From Trueperaceae bacterium (GTDB taxonomy: Bacteria > Deinococcota > Deinococci > Deinococcales > Trueperaceae): DNA of 64,000 nucleotides. Location of the stretch: assembly GCA_965215565.1 (NCBI GenBank), contig CBDCDZ010000004.1, positions 2,944,001 to 3,008,000 on the forward strand, given 5' to 3'. Under the pieces are notes generated by a model. That model had not been told where the DNA came from. It was given only the letters and a program-made list of their open reading frames with translations, and made no database searches. Shown one piece after another: positions 50,352 through 59,600 of the stretch; position 1 is the first letter of the stretch; each line of letters starts with the position of its first letter. Made by a program: the position numbers and the translations under genes.

Positions 50352-51110
50352 ATGAGTGAAAAAGCTACACCTGCTGACTTTCGTAACGCATTTTTTCGTC
50401 GCTACTCTCCAATATGTGCTTCACAAATTGTGAGAGTTCTCGATTACAGTGCTTCGAGAGCTCGTGCACTCTGTGAAACAGAATATCCAACTGGGAACTA
50501 TGGGGTAGCCCAGGGCATAAACCGTTGGCAGCTTGTTGATGAACATCTCCGCAGACAAGCGTTACTTGATGGTGATGTAATTGTAGAGACAAGAGATTTT
50601 GGAGAAGCTAAACTCCTTGATGGTGAAGAAAAGATCAATAGCTTTGTGCTACTCCGATCCAATGAAGTTGGATTAGTTCTTTGCAAAGTAAGACGCAACT
50701 CACCAATGCCAAGCGCATCTTTAGTTCGTAACTACATGACCGCTCTAGGGTTTGCTTCAGAACCTCTATTTCCTATCCCGTACTACCTAGAAGCTAGGTA
50801 CGGAGATAGTATACCTAAGCATGATCTTAAAGCGTTGTTCATAGGCAGATACTGGCTTGACGAAGAAGACGAGGCTCAAGCAACTATTGAGAAGGCCGAT
50901 ATCGTTGTTCTAACTCATGATGGCAAGAGTATATTTGGTCATGTGTGTACTGATCTATATTCTTATGCTGATACAGCTTCAGTTGATACCATGTACGTGC
51001 ATGGTGAAGAGTTGCCTATAGCATTCAGAATTCCTGAACGCGCTCCTGAGACAGAAACAGAAATCCTTCCCATCAATCTGCGTAGCGATGACAATAAGGG
51101 TAAAAATTGA
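50352..51110 (+). CDS. Hypothetical protein, putative toxin partner of the ImmA/IrrE protein
   Basis: 252-aa low-GC ORF ending 1 nt before the HTH-peptidase start. Confidence 0.65.
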   Translation: MSEKATPADFRNAFFRRYSPICASQIVRVLDYSASRARALCETEYPTGNYGVAQGINRWQLVDEHLRRQALLDGDVIVETRDFGEAKLLDGEEKINSFVLLRSNEVGLVLCKVRRNSPMPSASLVRNYMTALGFASEPLFPIPYYLEARYGDSIPKHDLKALFIGRYWLDEEDEAQATIEKADIVVLTHDGKSIFGHVCTDLYSYADTASVDTMYVHGEELPIAFRIPERAPETETEILPINLRSDDNKGKN

Positions 51111-51111
51111 T

Positions 51112-52275
51112 ATGAGCACAGTTATCGAAACAGTCCAGTTCTCTGGCACACGTCTAACAGAAGCACGAGAAGCTATGGGGCTGTATGTAAATAACCTAGC
51201 GGAACTAATAGGTGTGACACGATCTATGGTGTCTGCTTATGAAAGTGGTAAGAAGAAGCCAAGTGAACAAACCTTTGCTCGCATCTGTACTGTTCTCAAC
51301 CAACCTCCAAGATTTTTCTACTATCCTAATCGAGAATTTGAATTTAAGCATGGAGCCGTACACTATAGAGATTTAGTAAAGAACTCTTTGTACTCCCGCG
51401 CTCAAGCCGGTGTGCGACTAAAGTGGTTGATGGAATATTTTTCCATTTTAGAATGCGAGCTAAACTTACCGCTGCTCAACATTCCAGATTTTGAACCGCC
51501 TAGTGACCCGGCGCTTATCACTGATAGTTTCATTGAATGTATTGCCATTGAAACTAGAAAATTTTGGAAATTGGGCGATGCTCCTATTCCGAACTTAGTG
51601 GATACTTTGGAAAGAAATGGTGTAGTTATAGGTCAGATTTGCCTAGATCTACCTGACTTAGATGGCCTCTCTTTCTGGAGCAACACTAGACAACGGCCGT
51701 TTATACTTCTTAACGCGGACAAGGCAACCTGTGTTCGCTCGAGATTCGACTTAGCGCATGAATTGGGCCACATGCTTCTGCATAAAAATATAACGGACGG
51801 AATTGATAAGAAATCACCTATATATCGACGTGCAGAAGAGCAAGCGCATTTATTTGCATCTGCTCTTTTACTACCACGTAGCTCTTGGGTTAGAGACATT
51901 AGAAATCCTAGCAAAGTCACCTTAGGCACATTCAAAACGCTTAAACCGAAGTGGAAAACGTCAATTAAGGCTCAGATAATGCGTTTATTCAAACTGAACT
52001 TGATAGACAAGGACAAGAAGGAGAGCTTGTACAAGCAGTATGGATCTAAACCTTGGGCAAGGAAGGAACCATTTGATGACTTATGGGTACTTGAAAAGCC
52101 CAAACTTTTCATGCAAGCGACCAAAATGCTGGCAGAGCATGGCTTCGGTGCAGATTTTATTGTACAAATGTTTCCGCTGAGGTCAGAGAATTTAAGCGAA
52201 ATCACAGGCTTACCAAAGACGTTTTTCGACAATAGCAACTTACCTATGCAGCTAAACAGCGCTCATGCAAACTAA
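51112..52275 (+). CDS. XRE-HTH + ImmA/IrrE (M78) metallopeptidase
   Basis: RLTEARE...LAELIGVTRSMVSAYESG; RFDLAHELGH; EEQAHLFASALLLP. Confidence 0.92.
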   Translation: MSTVIETVQFSGTRLTEAREAMGLYVNNLAELIGVTRSMVSAYESGKKKPSEQTFARICTVLNQPPRFFYYPNREFEFKHGAVHYRDLVKNSLYSRAQAGVRLKWLMEYFSILECELNLPLLNIPDFEPPSDPALITDSFIECIAIETRKFWKLGDAPIPNLVDTLERNGVVIGQICLDLPDLDGLSFWSNTRQRPFILLNADKATCVRSRFDLAHELGHMLLHKNITDGIDKKSPIYRRAEEQAHLFASALLLPRSSWVRDIRNPSKVTLGTFKTLKPKWKTSIKAQIMRLFKLNLIDKDKKESLYKQYGSKPWARKEPFDDLWVLEKPKLFMQATKMLAEHGFGADFIVQMFPLRSENLSEITGLPKTFFDNSNLPMQLNSAHAN

Positions 52276-52536
52276 ACGCCCCTTTTGTTGTAAGAATATT
52301 CGATTGTCAGGCTTCTGTCACTGCCTCTAAACGCCCAATATGGTCAGCGTCTGGATGAGACGCGATAACGAGGTCTACTTGTTCGACACCGACGCTGCGC
52401 AGATACTCAAGCACTTGGTCGTCTCATCCACCGTTCCTCTTATGATTGCCATACCTATAAGCTAAAGAAACCTGTCTTACAGAACGCTGGCTTGAGACCT
52501 ACTCTTTGCAGCCAGCGTAGTAGTGGCTGACCCCGG

Positions 52537-52836
52537 CTACTCCATCTCGGACTTGAACACCCTCCGACTATCCCGCTCTAGCGACCGCGTTAGCTCCTCT
52601 TCGGTAGGCGTACCCATCAACTCCTCTACAGGCGTCTCCAGGACCGCAGCCAGTTTGAGCAGCGTGTCCAAGGTCGGGTTGAACTTGCTCCGTCCCCCCT
52701 CGAACTCCTGATAGCGCCTCAAGGACATCTCGGAACGCTCAGCTACGTCATCTTGGCGCAGCCTGCGTTTCAGCCGTATCTGCCTAAGCCGCCAGCGAAT
52801 AACCCGTTTGTAAGCGTCGTTGTCATCGTCGGGCAT
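52537..52836 (-). CDS. XRE-family HTH regulator
   Basis: LRQIRLKRRLRQDDVAE...YQEFEGG...NPTLDTLLKLA. Confidence 0.85.
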   Translation of the reverse strand: MPDDDNDAYKRVIRWRLRQIRLKRRLRQDDVAERSEMSLRRYQEFEGGRSKFNPTLDTLLKLAAVLETPVEELMGTPTEEELTRSLERDSRRVFKSEME

Positions 52837-52926
52837 CCGCCCATCATGGCGAGCCCTCCTCCATCTTTGGACGCCCTTATAGTGCGTGTTGTAGAGTAGG
52901 GCAGGTCATAACACATGGGAGGTTTT

Positions 52927-53412
52927 ATGACACGACCTATTCAGTTTTTGGTTTTGTTCATGTTGCTCGTCGGCTGCGCCCCGGTACTCGAGGCTTTGGA
53001 GGGAGAAAGCCAGAGCCAAGCCGAGGTTCTCTGGACCGCCCAAGTCAGCCGCGTCGAGCGTTACGCCGGGCAGTACCAGGGCGAGCAAGGCAGCGCTACC
53101 GTACAGGACGGGCGGGTGCTGGAGCTTGAACTCTCTAACCGGGCCTTTGGTGGCAGTGCTCGCTTTAGCGACAGCAGCCTAGACAGCCCACCTATGCGCA
53201 TCTCTTACAGCGGCGGGGGCTTCTTCGAGGGTCAGGCTACAGCGACCTTCGAGGGTGCAGGCTTCTCGAACTACGTCTTCTTCATAGGAGAGGGGGAGAC
53301 GAACCTAACGGTGGAGAACGGGTTCGTTACGGGTTCCTTGCGCTTCACCGGGTCAGACGATATAGGTCAGGTCATGGATGTCGTAGTCAAGAACATCCGG
53401 GTGCCTTACTGA
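52927..53412 (+). CDS. Hypothetical lipoprotein
   Basis: GGAGG RBS, lipobox LVG-C, beta-rich. Confidence 0.75.
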   Translation: MTRPIQFLVLFMLLVGCAPVLEALEGESQSQAEVLWTAQVSRVERYAGQYQGEQGSATVQDGRVLELELSNRAFGGSARFSDSSLDSPPMRISYSGGGFFEGQATATFEGAGFSNYVFFIGEGETNLTVENGFVTGSLRFTGSDDIGQVMDVVVKNIRVPY

Positions 53413-53483
53413 AGGACGAGAGAAGACAATCTTTCGAGGTCTTTAGGGAACGACAAAACCATTCACCTGTCATGGGAGGACAT

Positions 53484-54176
53484 GTGACCCGACACTCATA
53501 TCTACCGCTGTTTTTTGCGCTCGCTTTATGCTTACTTTTATCTTTTGCCTCTGCCCAACTCGAGCTCACCACCCGTCTCACCCCGTGGCCCCCCGAGGGC
53601 TGGCCCTCGGACGCTGAGGGAGAAGTTCACGCCGTCGCCGTAGCGGACGTCACCGTGGAGGACTACAGCGAGGAGAACCTCACGACTGTGTTCTCCTTCC
53701 CTATAAGCGAAACGGGCGAGGTCACCTACCGCTTGCCTGAAGAGTTACCGAGGAGTGCCAGGCGCTTCTACCAAGACGCGAGCTTGGACGACTTCCAACT
53801 CTGTCCTGAGGTCGCCCCCTCCTTGTCACCGCCGGGTGCCCAGATGGTTTTACTCAAACTCGCCCTCTACGCCGATGGGCAGTTCTGGGGCATTGTAGAC
53901 CTCACTGCCGAGCAGGGCGGTCTCTTCGATTACGAGTTGCGCACTCTACTCGGGCTTCTCTACGCACCTGAGCCCTTTCGGGTGGCGGGCAGCGGCTACT
54001 GTTCAGGCGAGGGGTCGCAGGTGACGACCGACCTGGACTTACAAGCGGGGCTCAATTTACTCGAGGTCTCGGGCTCGGCTAGTTTAGCAGGTGGGGAGAT
54101 GCTTCTCACGACGACTGAAACGTTGGACCTGCCGCAGACGCCAATAGGCATCGGGGTCAGTGGCGGTGCGCCCTAG
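53484..54176 (+). CDS. Secreted hypothetical protein
   Basis: GGAGGA RBS, signal peptide ASA-Q, DLQAGLN motif. Confidence 0.7.
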   Translation: MTRHSYLPLFFALALCLLLSFASAQLELTTRLTPWPPEGWPSDAEGEVHAVAVADVTVEDYSEENLTTVFSFPISETGEVTYRLPEELPRSARRFYQDASLDDFQLCPEVAPSLSPPGAQMVLLKLALYADGQFWGIVDLTAEQGGLFDYELRTLLGLLYAPEPFRVAGSGYCSGEGSQVTTDLDLQAGLNLLEVSGSASLAGGEMLLTTTETLDLPQTPIGIGVSGGAP

Positions 54177-54201
54177 CGCCGCACGCCGAGGGGAAAAGCC
54201 T

Positions 54202-54750
54202 ATGTCGAGTCAGCTTCAGAATCACTTGAGCATCTATGCTGCTTCGGGGCGCGTGAAGGACAATGTCGCTGAACGGTTGAGCAAGCTCGACTTCGACGTG
54301 CCCGTAAGTCTCATCCTCGATGATCGCCCCGGCTACGCTCTGACGGTCTTGAGTGCGCTTGAGCGACCTCAGCCCGTCTTACTCATCACCGCTAACCGTT
54401 CACTGCACTACCTGTTGGACCTACTCGAGTATGAGCCGCAGGGATTGTTGGTTGCATCCACCCTGCCACCCGCTCGAGCCCTAGCTTTCTACCTCTCAAG
54501 GGTTGCTGTCGGCGAGCACTTCTACGAGGGTCCCACACCCAGCAAAACGTCTTTGACGCCGAGAGAACGCGAGGTGCTGCGCCGCACGGTGTACGGGGAG
54601 AGCGTCGACGCTTTAGCCCAATCACTCGGCATCATCCCCTACACGGCAGGAGAGCATCTGCGGCATATCAGGGAGAAGCTCGGGGTCGAGCGCAACGTGG
54701 AACTCGTGCTGGCTTACTTCGCCGGGGACACGGCGCACCTCGCAGTATGA
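54202..54750 (+). CDS. LuxR-family regulator with degenerate receiver-like N-terminus
   Basis: LILDDRPG...; LTPREREVLR...HLRHIREKLGV. Confidence 0.8.
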   Translation: MSSQLQNHLSIYAASGRVKDNVAERLSKLDFDVPVSLILDDRPGYALTVLSALERPQPVLLITANRSLHYLLDLLEYEPQGLLVASTLPPARALAFYLSRVAVGEHFYEGPTPSKTSLTPREREVLRRTVYGESVDALAQSLGIIPYTAGEHLRHIREKLGVERNVELVLAYFAGDTAHLAV

Positions 54751-55061
54751 GCGAGGCGACCCGTAGGAGAAACAAGGCGAATGCACGCGAGTACCGCCTG
54801 GACGAGTTGGAGGACGACTACGACCTTTTGGAGAAGCAGGTCTACCGCATGGCTTGGCGGCAAGAGGAGATCAAGCAGGAACTCAAAGACGCGAGAAAAG
54901 AGACGAAACAGCACTTCGATAACTTAGGTGACCTCCTGCACAGCCGCTTCTTCTGGCTGATGTTCGCGGTTTTAGCAGGACTCTGTGTTCTCGCTGTCTT
55001 AGTCGTCGACTTCCGCATGGACCTAGCACAGGTCTTAGAGACCGTGCTGGACTCGCTATAG
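54747..55061 (+). CDS. Coiled-coil protein with C-terminal TM
   Basis: Heptad-rich N-terminus, FFWLMFAVLAGLCVLAVLVV; ATGA overlap with the upstream gene. Confidence 0.65.
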   Translation: MSEATRRRNKANAREYRLDELEDDYDLLEKQVYRMAWRQEEIKQELKDARKETKQHFDNLGDLLHSRFFWLMFAVLAGLCVLAVLVVDFRMDLAQVLETVLDSL

Positions 55062-55109
55062 CTCTAAAGATGCAGGAAATACACCTATACGGATATAAGA
55101 GAGGAAACC

Positions 55110-56276
55110 ATGATGAAACACAAACACTCGAGTCAACGTCTCGCCCCGACAAATAGGACGCCCAGATTCTCAGAAGGGAGCAAAAAGCCCTTCGCCTCTT
55201 TGGTAAGCCTTCTACTCCTGAGCTTGCTACTTCTAGCCTGTAGCGACACCGCGACCACGCCGACCGAACCACCCACTCAACCTGAGCCGGTCGTTCCTCC
55301 GGGCACCCCTGTAGGCAACTTACAGCTCACGGTAGAAGGTCTACCTGATGGCGCAGACGCCCGCGTCCTGATCGTTGGACCAGAAGACTACAGCGCGACG
55401 GTAACAGGGTCGCAAACCCTGCAGAACCTAAGAACCGGTTCTTACATTCTCGAGGTCGAGAGCATCGAATATAGAGACGCAACGTATAGCGGCGCGTTCG
55501 CGGGGAGCAACCAAACGGAAGTAACGGTGGATGTTACCGAGGACGACACCTCGACTGTAGAGGTGACCTACACCTCAGTCGGCTCGGTCGAAGAGGGCGA
55601 GATAGCCCCAGGTACAGCCAGAGAAGGACTCGTCGCCGAGAACGCCTTCGACGACTACAGCTTCCAGGGCACAGCCAACGTCCCCTTGACCTTCGACTTC
55701 ACGGGGACAGGTGAAGAAAATAGAGGGCAGTACAGCGTTGGTATCTTCGCCGCCGATAATTTAGAAGAGGCCCTCTACAGCAGCTACCGGCTCGGCACCT
55801 ACGGTCGCGCGCCGCTCATCGGCTTCGCCCCTACAGAGGACGGGCAGTATGTGCTGCGCATCCGGGGCGAGGGGGAGGTCGTGGACTACCAGGTCAGGGC
55901 GCAGTACCTGAGCGGACCGCCGGAAGAGAGACAGACGCCTACAGTCATCAACTACGGTGACACCGCCGAGGGTGCGGTTACCTCGGGCTCTTATGACGAG
56001 TACCGCTTCACCGGGACGTTCAACGAGACTATTCTCCTGAGCTTTAGTTACGATGGCGAGGACAGCCGCTACACTGGCAACTGCCGCGTCGAGTTCTACC
56101 GGGTAGGTCAGGAGGAGCCTATAGAGACTTCCCCCTTATATAGCTCCTTCGGCACGCCGCCCGAAATTGACTTCACGCCGCAGGAAGATGGGGACTATCT
56201 CATCAGAGTTGTAGGGGCAGGAAGTCAAGGTAGGAGCTTGGTGAGATATAGCTTTGGGTTAGACCGGTTGGAGTGA
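55110..56276 (+). CDS. Lipoprotein with two PPC-like beta-sandwich repeats
   Basis: Lipobox LLA-C; repeated D.Y.F.GT...F.P.EDG.Y.(L/I)R units. Confidence 0.78.
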   Translation: MMKHKHSSQRLAPTNRTPRFSEGSKKPFASLVSLLLLSLLLLACSDTATTPTEPPTQPEPVVPPGTPVGNLQLTVEGLPDGADARVLIVGPEDYSATVTGSQTLQNLRTGSYILEVESIEYRDATYSGAFAGSNQTEVTVDVTEDDTSTVEVTYTSVGSVEEGEIAPGTAREGLVAENAFDDYSFQGTANVPLTFDFTGTGEENRGQYSVGIFAADNLEEALYSSYRLGTYGRAPLIGFAPTEDGQYVLRIRGEGEVVDYQVRAQYLSGPPEERQTPTVINYGDTAEGAVTSGSYDEYRFTGTFNETILLSFSYDGEDSRYTGNCRVEFYRVGQEEPIETSPLYSSFGTPPEIDFTPQEDGDYLIRVVGAGSQGRSLVRYSFGLDRLE

Positions 56277-56660
56277 GGTGAGCGTCTGAGAGTTTTATGC
56301 GACAAACGCGCGCAACTCACGCATAAGACTATTCGCCGTTACCGCAACCGACATCCTATGAGAACCAACCCTAGATTTCCTCAAAGTGAGTTCTCAAATC
56401 GGCAAGTAAGCCCTCATCTTAGCTCCCAAACTCTTACACGTTTCTTACTTCAGCCCGCTTGCTCATGCTTACTTTTTCACTCTCCGTGGTGTGAAGAAAC
56501 CGCGCTATAGCCGTCGAAAGTCGACATAGCTTCATTTGTAAACCAAGGTTGAACGAGGGTAAATATTCGTGCACCCGTAGATGTACGAGATGCACCGCTA
56601 AAAGTCACTCATGTCTCTATCATGTTCAAGCTGCCCATAGTGGGCCCTTAGAGATAGGAC

Positions 56661-59600
56661 ATGACTATGACTAGAGCTACCCTGCACCCCCGTATGAATC
56701 GCCGCCTCGCCCTCTTCCTCGCCTGGCTATTCCTTTTCAATACTCTCTTCCCGACCGGCTTCGCAGCGGCGCAAATACTGCTCACGGCGAAGCCAGGTCT
56801 GGGCGTCTCGCGTGTACCTCTAAGCGCGATGGCGTTCGACGCGCCCGGCTTCGGCGACCTTGCCGAGGCGATCAACTTAGCGAACGGCAACGTTTACGTC
56901 GCCGTCGACGCTCTCTCGAATAACACGCAGCAGAAGGACACCAGCGACACCATTGGCAAAAGCGGGTGGAACTTTACGCCACGTTTGGAGCTTGAAGAGT
57001 TTCGCGAGAACACACCGAGCAACCTGAATAGACTGACCCTGACGAGCGGCGACGGCAGCATCTCATCCTTTGAGCGCGTTCTGCCGAGCGCGTGTAGCGG
57101 CAGCTATCCAAAGTTCAACTTCAATGATGCGCCGAGCTGGATCAAGCGTTATGACAGCAGCGCACTTCGCTGCAGCCGCAAATTCTATCGCCTCGAGACG
57201 AAACCCGGGCTCAGCTTCGCGGCGAGCTACATCGTGCTCAAGCCTGGCACGGACAGCATTGCGCACTTCTACGCAGCAGACGGCAGCCGCACGACTTTTC
57301 ACAAGGACGGGCGTTTCGCCGACTACACGCAGACGCCCCACCAGCAATACGAAGGCGCAACGCAAAACGACCCCGAGGGAACGAGCGCAGCGAGCCCTAA
57401 AACGGAATTCAAGTACAGGACTTGTATCTCTTGCAACGACGCCTATTACGGGCGGATCGCTTCAGTCACCGACGCCCACGGACGGGTCACAAAGTACGAG
57501 TGGGGAGTCAGACATAGAGCCCACGTGTTGACGGACGTGCATTATCTGCTAAGCGACGGAACGAGCACCTCTAGTGCTGCTCGCTCCATCAGCCTCGAGT
57601 ACACCGGCGAGGTGCCAGGGCAGGTGCTGGTCTCATCGGTCACCTACACGACTTACGACGGTCAAGACGGCGATAATGAGGTCAGCCGAACGATTAGATT
57701 TACCTACCATCCTGACGGCTTCCTCAAGACGACAGTGCGCCCAACTGCTGGCGGTGACCTCACGACCGAGTATGGCTACGACGCCTACTACCGAGTTCGG
57801 TGGGTCGAGCAAACGGGTCAGCCACGGCAAGAATACGACTACTCAGGGACCTCCGAAGATTATGGTGGCACGCTTGTTAAGGTCACTCAAGGAGAAGGTG
57901 AAGGGGCAAAGTACAGCGAGTACCACTTCGACGAAGCGAACAAGTTGCGCAAAAAGTTTGTTAAAGACAGCACCTCGAACGAAGGGGTTGAGAAAGGTGT
58001 CTCGCAGGACGGCACCATCCAAGGTCTCGCGTGGCGCTACGCTTACTATGACAGCGGTAACGTGGGACTCATTGAGGAACCCTCGGGCAAGGTCACTCAC
58101 CTCATCTACGACGAGCGCGGCAACCTGACCCACGAGGCAGTCTACTCGGACCGTAACTACTTTGACCAAGTCTACCGTAAACCTGCTGCCCTCACTATTG
58201 AGCGGACGGGCAACACCTACGGTACGAGGGATGAGTTCTCGCTCACTGTCAAGGTGGAGCGCGACGAACTCGAGAAGGGCATCACCTGGTACCTGGTCAT
58301 GGACAAGAATGGGGGAGAGAAGGAGTACCTACTCGACAGGACGCGGAGCATCTGGTCGGGTAACGAATGGAGCGGAGGTCTCATCCCTGTGGATTCCGAG
58401 GTCACCGAGCGCGGCGATGACTACTACAAAGTTCAAGCTACGTTTAAGATGACTAAATACGGCAGCTCTTTTTACCGCGTTCCAAGACCGGTAAAGCTGC
58501 GCGCGCGGAGCAACCTCGACCCAAGCGAAGCAGCCACTGTGACGCTCACCTACTCACCGCGCATCCGTGAGATCGACCTCACACCAAAGACGAACTTCTT
58601 GATCGTCGCGCCGGATTGCGTCCGCCCACGTAGCGATGTATATTCGAACCCTGAATATCAAACGTGGAGGAATGGCAGGAAGACAACAGTGTCCACATGC
58701 AGCTCGAGCTATTCCATCGTCAAGAGTGTCGACGTCGACGTAGAGAGCTGGGTGAGCAACCCTTCAGCCTACAAGGATGTCACCTATTCCATAACAAAGT
58801 ATTCGTACAAGGGCGTTTCTGGCGTTTCTGCCCCGACGATTGATGCGAAAACCGGCAAGCTCAGTATACCGTGGCACCAGAAGCTTTCGGACCGCGCTAG
58901 CGGAAACACGCCCGATTCCATAACAATCGTGGCAAAGAGCAAGACGGAGACCTGGAAAAAGTCACAAGAGGTAACCATCAACCTCGGCTTTTTCGGCATC
59001 CGCCAGGCGACGCAGGGTAGAGGTCAATGGGACGTGCCAAATCCCAATGACTTAAACTATAAGCGCCAGTATCAGTTCGCGGTTGAGCTTTACAACAGCC
59101 CCTACAAGTACTTGCGGGTCGATTGGTACAGCCCAGTTACTTCGGAGTATGCGGTCAGAGGGTTTGACCACTACGGCGAGAAGCTTCCAGCAGGCTGCTT
59201 CGCCATGAAAAATGCCGGGTTTCTTTGGGAGGCAAAGACCGTTCAGCTCAAGGCGTGGGTCGACCATCCCAAATTCGAGGATGTCTCGGTCAGCGGCAAT
59301 ATCAGAACGATGGCACGCTTTTGGGGCATCGGTGGGGCGGGCAGTGAGACCTGCGGCGGCTACAAGACGGGCAACGGTATTGCGAATAATAGCAGCCTCA
59401 GCCCACAGTCGTACGTAAAACCTATCGCTCCTGAGACATACGACACAATTGAATTTAACGCCGATATCAGCCCAGACTACTTCCGCAGCGAGGAGCTGCG
59501 CCTCTCACCCGAGCCGCGCCCCAACGAGGAGTACAGGACCAGCTACCGCTACGACGGCGACAACCGGCTAGAAGAAGCTACTACGCACGCGCCGGTGGGT

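Noticed and set aside
51112..52275. Deinococcal radiation regulator IrrE/PprI
   Set aside because: It has an N-terminal XRE-HTH, no evident C-terminal GAF-like domain, low GC and a mobile-island location; this fits the ImmA/RmrA type.
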